From: Planctomycetota bacterium
GTDB lineage: Bacteria; Planctomycetota; UBA8108; SXIK01
Length of the DNA stretch: 64,000 nucleotides
NCBI GenBank assembly: GCA_965223845.1
Contig: CBDCXR010000004.1
Span: forward strand, 5,344,001 to 5,408,000
Direction: 5' to 3'
The notes beneath the pieces were generated by a model, which ran no database searches, was not told the DNA's origin, and saw only the letters and a list, made by a program, of their open reading frames with translations. This document shows positions 9,631 through 16,300 of the stretch, one piece after another (position 1 is the first letter of the stretch; each line of letters opens with the position of its first letter). The position numbers and the translations under genes were made by a program.

Positions 9631-10040
9631 GGCAATCCGATCCCTTCGGGGGGAGGAGGAGGGACCAGAAGGCGGAGGAGTGAGGGCCGAGGAGCGGGGA
9701 GAGGGAGGGGAGAGAGGGGGAGGTGAAGGGAACCAGCGGCGAGCCGCTGGTTCGGGTCGGCCCTCGAGAGTTGGGAGAGAGGGGAGGGGTGGAATGTGCT
9801 GAGGAGGGGCGGGCCTCGCTGCCGCGGAGGACAGGCGCCCGGCGGAGGGAAGGGACCCGGGAGCCGACGGGTGAGGAAGGGCCGTCGGCTCCCGTGAGGG
9901 GGGTCCCCTCGAGTGAGGGAGGGAGAGAGAGCAGCGGTGCTGCGGGGCGGTCGAACGACCGAGGAGGGAGGTGATCGTCCGGCCGCAGAGGGTTTCGGGA
10001 GGTTTCGGGTCAGATTTCCTTCGCCGGGGGTCAGCCGGCT
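9591..10040 (-). ncRNA. Putative ~450 nt C/U-rich structured non-coding RNA (family not recognised)
   Basis: Lies between a sigma54-like promoter and an oriented terminator; no ATG on the minus strand; several perfect GC stems separated by pyrimidine-rich linkers with repeated CCUCC. Confidence 0.6.
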
Positions 10041-10050
10041 CGGGGGGAAA

Positions 10051-10066
10051 AGCACCGTGCGTGCCG
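10051..10066 (-). promoter_or_regulatory. Putative sigma54 (-24/-12) promoter
   Basis: Minus strand CGGCACG-CACG-GTGCT versus consensus TGGCACG-N4-TTGCW; exact GG-N10-GC spacing. Confidence 0.6.
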
Positions 10067-10092
10067 AAGCGCCCGACCCGCCCCCGAAGACA

Positions 10093-10123
10093 CCTTAAGT
10101 TATTTACATGAAATATCTTAAGG
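10093..10123. promoter_or_regulatory. AT-rich imperfect palindrome, IHF-like site
   Basis: CCTTAAG-T-TATTT-ACATG-AAATA-T-CTTAAGG; minus strand TGTAAA-TAAC-TTA resembles WATCAA-N4-TTR. Confidence 0.5.
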
Positions 10124-10187
10124 GCCTCCCGATCGTGTTCCCTATCCGCTCGAATCCGAGCTTGCGGCCCCCGTTCCCGGACCGGGC

Positions 10188-10204
10188 TGTATCAAAAGGA
10201 GACA
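10188..10204. promoter_or_regulatory. Putative upstream activator sequence for a sigma54 enhancer-binding protein
   Basis: Dyad TGTATC-AAAAG-GAGACA (TGT-N11-ACA), about 150 bp upstream of the predicted start. Confidence 0.4.
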
Positions 10205-10538
10205 CGTAAGCGATCGGTTCGGGTGAGGCGAGACGGAGGAACGTCCGGCCGCGAGCACTCTGAGGATACGGCCGGCGATCTCGCGTGCTCGGCTGTCTCC
10301 GGCACGTAGAGTGACGGCGCACGCAAGACACACCGTCGGCGGTTTTTCCGGTGGACCGCCCCCGCGAGCGATGCCGATGTACCGGGGAGACGGCGAGTTA
10401 ACTCGTCTCCTGCGGCGGTCACTCGCGGGGATTCGGAAACGGGTCCAGAGCTCACTCGTCCATCTCGACGCTACCGCAGGGTTCGAACGCCGGCCCCGCA
10501 GGCAGCGAAACGCACGACCCCGGAGCGCAGGCGGAGCG

Positions 10539-11186
10539 ATGACCGAGTTTCTTCAACTCTGCGGACAGCCGTTCAACCTCCCGTGGACGCTGCTGCTCGG
10601 TCTCGTCGTTCTCTATTGGGTGGGCGTCATCGTCGGGGCGCTCGACCTCGACGCGTTCGACTTCGATCTCGACGCGGACGTCGATGTCGATGCCGACGCC
10701 GATGTTGAAGTCGACACCGACGCGAGCGTTCACGGCGGAAGCGCACTGCTCGGCGTTCTCCGCTTCTTCGAGTTCGGCACCGTTCCGACGATGGTCATCG
10801 TCAGCTTCTTCGCGCTCGGTGGCTGGACGGCAGCGCTCCTCTTCAACTTTCACTTCGGTGGATCGACCCTCGTCGGCTTCCTCCTCTTGATCCCGATCTT
10901 CCTCGTCGCCCTCGCCGTGACGAAGGTGACGGCCGTACCGCTCGCCGCGCTGTTTCGCCAACTCGAGAACGAGGACACCGGGACGGTGACGGTCGAAGGT
11001 CAGATCTGCACGGTGAAATCTTCGAAAGTCGACGGCGAGAGCGGTCAAGCCGAGGTGAAATCGAAGGGTGCACCAGTGCTTCTCAACGTTCGCACACGAA
11101 ACGGTGAAGTTCTCCATCGCGGAGACGAGGCGGTGGTGGTTGAGCCAGACCCCGAGACGGGGACGTACTTCGTCGCTCGCCTCTAA
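10539..11186 (+). CDS. YqiJ/NfeD-like membrane protein with C-terminal OB fold
   Basis: Hydrophobic helices, Asp-rich loop, GTVPTM, C-terminal GQICTV..GQAEV..LLNVR..GDEAVVV; GGAG before ATG; adjacent to a flotillin gene. Confidence 0.8.
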   Translation: MTEFLQLCGQPFNLPWTLLLGLVVLYWVGVIVGALDLDAFDFDLDADVDVDADADVEVDTDASVHGGSALLGVLRFFEFGTVPTMVIVSFFALGGWTAALLFNFHFGGSTLVGFLLLIPIFLVALAVTKVTAVPLAALFRQLENEDTGTVTVEGQICTVKSSKVDGESGQAEVKSKGAPVLLNVRTRNGEVLHRGDEAVVVEPDPETGTYFVARL

Positions 11187-11279
11187 CTCAGTTCAAGAAA
11201 CGCTCGGTCTCACCGCCAGCGGTCTATCCACGAATCTCGAAACCAACGACAAAACGGCGCAGTAGCTCGGAGTAGAGAC

Positions 11280-13310
11280 ATGCTTTTCCTCCTTCAGACT
11301 GACCCCACGAGTTGGATCCCCCTCATCGTCGGAGCGATCTTCTGCCTCATCCTCGCCGGGATCGCCGTCCTCATCGTCAAGTGCTACCGCAAGGTGCCGC
11401 AGGGGACCGCTCTCGTGCGCACGGGGATGGGCGGGCCGAAAGTCACGACGGGCACTGGAGTCGTCGTCATCCCGGTTCTCCACCGCGCCGAGCTGATGGA
11501 CATCTCCGTCAAGCGAATCGAAATCGCGCGCGAAGGCGAAGACGGCCTCATTTGCGCCGACAATCTCCGCGCCGATATCAAGGTGGCCTTCTTCGTCCGC
11601 GTGAACAACACCGAGGAAGACATTCTTCAGGTCGCCCAATCGCTCGGTTGCGAGCGCGCCTCGCAGCAGCGGGCGCTCATCGAGCTCTTCGACGCGAAGT
11701 TTTCCGAAGCGCTCAAGACGGTCGGCAAGCAGTTCGATTTCGTCTCGCTCTACAACGAACGGGATCGTTTCAAGGAACAGATCGTCGCGCTGATCGGAAC
11801 GGATCTGAACGGCTACGTCCTTGACGACACCGCGATCGACTTCCTCGAGCAGACCTCGCTCGAGCAGCTCAACCCGAACAACATCCTCGACGCCGAGGGA
11901 ATCAAGAAGATCACCGATCTGACCGCGCAGCAGCAGATCCTCGCGAACGACATCGTGCGCGAGAAGGAGAAGGTGATCAAAAAGCAGGACGTCGAAGCGC
12001 GCGAGGCCATCCTCGAGCTCGATCGCCAACAAGCCGAAGCCGAGGCGCGTCAGCTGCGAGAAATCCAAAGCGTCCAGGCACGCGAGACATCCGAGACGAC
12101 GCGAGTCAAGGAAGAGGAGCGGCTCAAGGCCGAACGGGCCCGTCTGACCACCGACGAAGAGGTGAAGGTCGCCGAAGAGAACGTCGAGCGACAAATCATT
12201 GTCGCGAAAAAGAACAAGGAGCGTACCGAGGCGGTCGAGAACGAGCGGATCGAAAAGGATCGGATGCTCGAGCAGACCGAGCGCGAACGCATCGTCACGC
12301 TAGCGCAAATTGAAAAGGACAAGGCGGTCGAAGCGGAGAAGAAAGAGATCCAGGACGTCATCCGCGAGCGCGTCGTCGTCGAGCGGGCTGTCGTCGAAGA
12401 GGAGGAGCGGATCAAGGACACGCGAGACTTCGCCGGCGCGGAGCGACAGAAGCAAGTCGCGGTGACGAAGGCTCAGCAGACCGCAGAGGAAGCGAAGATC
12501 CGTGAGGTTCAAGCCGCGGAAGCCAGCAAGGAAGCGTCGATGCGTCTCGCCGATCAGATGTTGATCGAAGCCGAGGCGAGTCGCGGCGCGGCGGAGAAGG
12601 AGACGGAAGCCAAGAAGCTCCTCGCCGAGGCGAAGGCCGCAGAGGAAGCCGCGCTCGGACTCGCCGAAGCCGAGGTCATGGTCGCCAAGGCAGACGCGAC
12701 GCAGAAGCAGGGTGCCGTCGAGGCCGAAGTGCTCGAGCTCAAGTACTCGGCGGAAGCGGAAGGAATCGACAAGAAGGCCGCGGCGATGAAGAAATTCGAC
12801 GAAGTCGGCCGCGATCACGAGGAGTTCAAGCTCCGGCTCGAGAAGGACCGCGACATCGATCTCGAATCGATTCGGGTGCATCGCGAGGTCGCGGAGTACC
12901 GCGCGCAAATGGTCGGCGAGGCACTCAAGACAGCCAAGATCGACATCGTCGGCGGCGAATCCGAGTTCTTCGACAAGATCGTCGGTGCGATCGGAAACGG
13001 CAAGGCCGTCGATCGAACCGTCCTCGGAAGCGATGTTCTCACGGACGTGAAACAGACGTTCTTCAATGGCGACGCGGAGTACTTCAAGGCTCAGCTCGAA
13101 CGCTTCATCGGTCAATTCGGCGTCGACTCCGAGGACATCAAGAACCTCTCGATCGCCGCGCTGATCGGCAAGCTCATGAGCAAGGCGGACAGCGAGACGG
13201 CGCGCGGACGACTCCAGTCGATGCTCGGCGCGGCGCGCGAGGCCGGCCTCGCGGACACTCTCGTCTCGCACCTCGGGCTCGATCTCTCCAAGGACTCCGC
13301 GCGCTCTTGA
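11280..13310 (+). CDS. Flotillin/SPFH-domain protein (YqiK-like)
   Basis: N-terminal TM, YRKVPQGTALVRTG, GLICADNLRADIKVAFFVRV SPFH core, long E/A/K-rich coiled coil. Confidence 0.9.
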   Translation: MLFLLQTDPTSWIPLIVGAIFCLILAGIAVLIVKCYRKVPQGTALVRTGMGGPKVTTGTGVVVIPVLHRAELMDISVKRIEIAREGEDGLICADNLRADIKVAFFVRVNNTEEDILQVAQSLGCERASQQRALIELFDAKFSEALKTVGKQFDFVSLYNERDRFKEQIVALIGTDLNGYVLDDTAIDFLEQTSLEQLNPNNILDAEGIKKITDLTAQQQILANDIVREKEKVIKKQDVEAREAILELDRQQAEAEARQLREIQSVQARETSETTRVKEEERLKAERARLTTDEEVKVAEENVERQIIVAKKNKERTEAVENERIEKDRMLEQTERERIVTLAQIEKDKAVEAEKKEIQDVIRERVVVERAVVEEEERIKDTRDFAGAERQKQVAVTKAQQTAEEAKIREVQAAEASKEASMRLADQMLIEAEASRGAAEKETEAKKLLAEAKAAEEAALGLAEAEVMVAKADATQKQGAVEAEVLELKYSAEAEGIDKKAAAMKKFDEVGRDHEEFKLRLEKDRDIDLESIRVHREVAEYRAQMVGEALKTAKIDIVGGESEFFDKIVGAIGNGKAVDRTVLGSDVLTDVKQTFFNGDAEYFKAQLERFIGQFGVDSEDIKNLSIAALIGKLMSKADSETARGRLQSMLGAAREAGLADTLVSHLGLDLSKDSARS

Positions 13311-13360
13311 GAACTCGAGCTCGCTGAATCGATCTCCCGGCCCGCCCGGACATCGACGCC

Positions 13361-16300
13361 ATGAGTGATCCCGAATCCAACCGCAGCGACGTAGAATCGA
13401 CCTCGCCCGAGGAAGCGATCGACTCGAGCACGTACGAAGTTCTGAAGCGCCGCCTCCACTCGAGCGCCGACGAGCTGCAGCGCCGTCTCGATTCGCTTCA
13501 CGAGGCGCGAAAGAGTGCGTTCGGCTCGATCGACTTCGAGCTCCTTACGACCGAACGCGTCACGACGCGGCACAACTGCGTCCCGCGTGACATGGTCGTG
13601 ATCGGAAATCGACTTCTGGTCGGCTTCAACGTTCAGTTCGGCCTCAAGACGGAGACCGTCCCGGAAGATGTGTTCGCAGTCTTCGGTTTCGCCGATCGGA
13701 AGTTCACCGAGCAGGATCTCTCGCTCGTCGAGCACCCTCAGTTCGCCGCCGACTTTCGCGACCTCTATCGCTATTACAAGAAGACGTCGTTTCTACGCTT
13801 TGCGGTGATCGGTCCGTTTCTCTTCATGGTCTTTCGCGTTGGGAAGAGCCCGGAAGATGTGAAGACGTTCAAGTGGGGGATCGAGGGAGATCGACTCCGG
13901 TACGTAGACAATCGCAGCGACCACGAGTACCGCTCGCCGCCCCAGCACGAGTTCGAGTGGACGCGGACCCACCGCGACCTGCACGTCGATGGCCTCCACC
14001 CGCACATCTCCATCGAAGACCGCGTCTTCGTCGAGACCGTTGGAGGCGACCTCACGATCAAGATCGAGAACAACACGGAATCGGGGGAGGGGATCTACGC
14101 AGAACCGGTCGACGATCCCGACCAGACTCTGGATGACGCCGAGGTCTACTACGCTCGCGTCGATCAGTTGATCCTGCTCAAGATCAGGCCCTATCGCGAA
14201 TCCGAGTTCCGCTACATCGTCTACAACGAGAAGCTCCAGACGGCGGATCGCATCGATTCGATCGAGGGTTCGTGCGTCATTCTCCCCGAAGACCAGGGAA
14301 TCGTCTTCTCGAACGGCTACTACCTTCAAGCCGGCGAAAAGAAGGTCTTCGACACCGCTGCGCACGATATGCGCTTCGATCGGCGCATCGCCGCGCCGAA
14401 CGGAGAAGACTTCCTCTTCGTGTTCCACAACCACGACGCCGGGACATACACGCTCCTCCCGTACAACATCATCGACCAACGCGTCGAGAATCCCATCAAC
14501 GGACACGGCCACGCGCTGTTCGAGAATGGCGAGCTCATTCTCTTCAAAGGCCAGCCGGAACCACAGAAACATCACGCGCTCCAGATCTGGCGCACGCCGT
14601 TTCTCGGGGACGACGCCGTCGAGTTCGCCGGAGATACACCGCTCCACAAAATCGGCAACCGCGAGCTCGTTCGTGGGATGGCCGAATGCCACGCCGTGGT
14701 AGTTCTCTCACGCCGCGATGAGATCTACGCCGACCTGTACGTCGATCTCGTGAAGACCTGCGGCGATCTCGTCGACAGCTACTTTTGGCTCGGGGACCCC
14801 GATTGCTTCGATCTCCGCGAGACGATCGAGGAAATCCGAGGGACGGCGAGCGCCGCGGTCGGCGAGTTCGAGAAAGTCGTGGCGGTCCGTCGCAGTACGG
14901 ATGCACAGGTCGCCGAGGTCACCGCCGCGACACGTTCGGCCATGCGTGACGCCGGACTGCGCCGCTTCGAAGCGATCGACGACTTCGTCGCATCGCTGAG
15001 CGAGCTTCGAGGCGTGCGCGGACGCATCATTTCACTGCGGGATCTCCGGTACATCGACGGCGCCGTCGTCGATGCGCTCGAAGCCGAGGTCGAAACAGCG
15101 TCGGCCGAGATCGCGGAGCGCTGCGTCACGTTTCTCCTCGATCCGGCGGCGCTCGACCCGTACGAAGAGCGAGTCGAAAGTCTTCGCGCGGGGATCGACC
15201 CCCTCTCGACCGTAAGCGAGGCGAAAGCACTCAGCGAGCACATCGACACGCTCGCGGGCGAGCTCGAGCTTCTCATCGAAACGGTCAGCAACCTCAAGAT
15301 CGCCGACGCGACCAAGCGGACCGAGATCGTCGATCGAATCTCGTCGGTGTTCGCGACCGTGAACGGCGTGCGGGCGACCCTGCGCGGCAAGACCCAGACT
15401 CTCGCCTCCGCCGAAGGCATCGCGGAGTTCAACTCCCAGATCAAGCTCCTCGGGCAGTCGGTCGTCAACTATCTCGACCTCTGCGACTCTCCGGAGAAGT
15501 GCGACGACTACCTCACGAAGGTGATGGTGCAGCTCGAGGAGATGGAAGGGAAGTTTGCGGAGTTCGACGAGTTTGTCGTCCAGCTCGCCGAGAAGCGGGA
15601 CGAAGTCTACACCGCGTTCGAAGGTCGAAAGGTCTCGCTTCTCGAGAAACGAAACAAGCGCGCGGCCTCGCTTGCGTCTGCCGCCGATCGTATCCTCAGC
15701 GGCATCCGCGCGCGCGTCGACAAGCTCGAATCCGTCGATGAGATCAACGGCTTCTTCGCGGCAGACCTTCTCGTCGACAAGGTGCGCGATCTCCTCGTTG
15801 AGCTCGGCGATCTGGACGATTCGGTCAAGGTCGACGAGATCGAGAGTCGGCTCAAGACGATCCGCGAGGATTCCGTCCGCCAACTCAAGGACCGCCTCGA
15901 CCTCTACACCGGCGGCGGCAGCCTGATTCAGCTCGGGCGACATCAATTCTCGGTGAACACGCAGCCGCTCGATCTGACGACCGTTTCGAAAGACGGCGAG
16001 CTCTGCCTTCACCTCACCGGGACCGATTTTCTCGACCCGATCTCCGACGCGGAGCTCACGGCGACCGGCGACGTCGCGGGGCTCGAAGTCGTCTCCGAAT
16101 CGCCGGAGGTGTATCGCGGCGAGTACCTCGCGTACCAGCTTCTCACCGCCGGAGCGGCCGCGGGCAACGGCACGGCGCCCACCGAGGACTGGCTCTCTCT
16201 CGACCGCGACACCCGCCTGGAGCGAATCCAGAAATTCATGAGCACGCGCTACAGCGAGGCGTACACCAAAGGAGTCCACGATCAGGACGCGGAGCGAATT

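Noticed and set aside
9967-9976. 16S rRNA remnant
   Set aside because: Only a 10-nt match; no upstream helix 45 sequence (GGTAGCCGTA..GAACCTGCGG)
9530-10010. CsrB/RsmZ-like plus-strand sRNA (many GGA motifs)
   Set aside because: Terminator U-tract and sigma54 promoter both point to the minus strand, and most GGA are not in short ANGGA hairpin loops. Disfavoured, but not excluded without stranded RNA data
9303-10098. ORFs across the purine-rich gap (9303-10055 minus; 9529-9726, 9723-9974, 9913-10098 plus)
   Set aside because: Low-complexity Pro/Leu or Gly/Arg/Glu translations, atypical codon usage and non-ATG starts; the structure is better explained at RNA level
10093-10123. Possible dif/Xer site
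   Set aside because: No match to the TTATGTTAAAT XerD arm or the 11-6-11 layout; IHF-like reading fits the context better
10236-10248. GAGGAACGTCCGG resembling the RNase P RNA GAGGAAAGTCC motif
   Set aside because: The other conserved RNase P regions (AGTGCAACAG, GGTAAA, ACAGAA.CCGGCTTA) are absent
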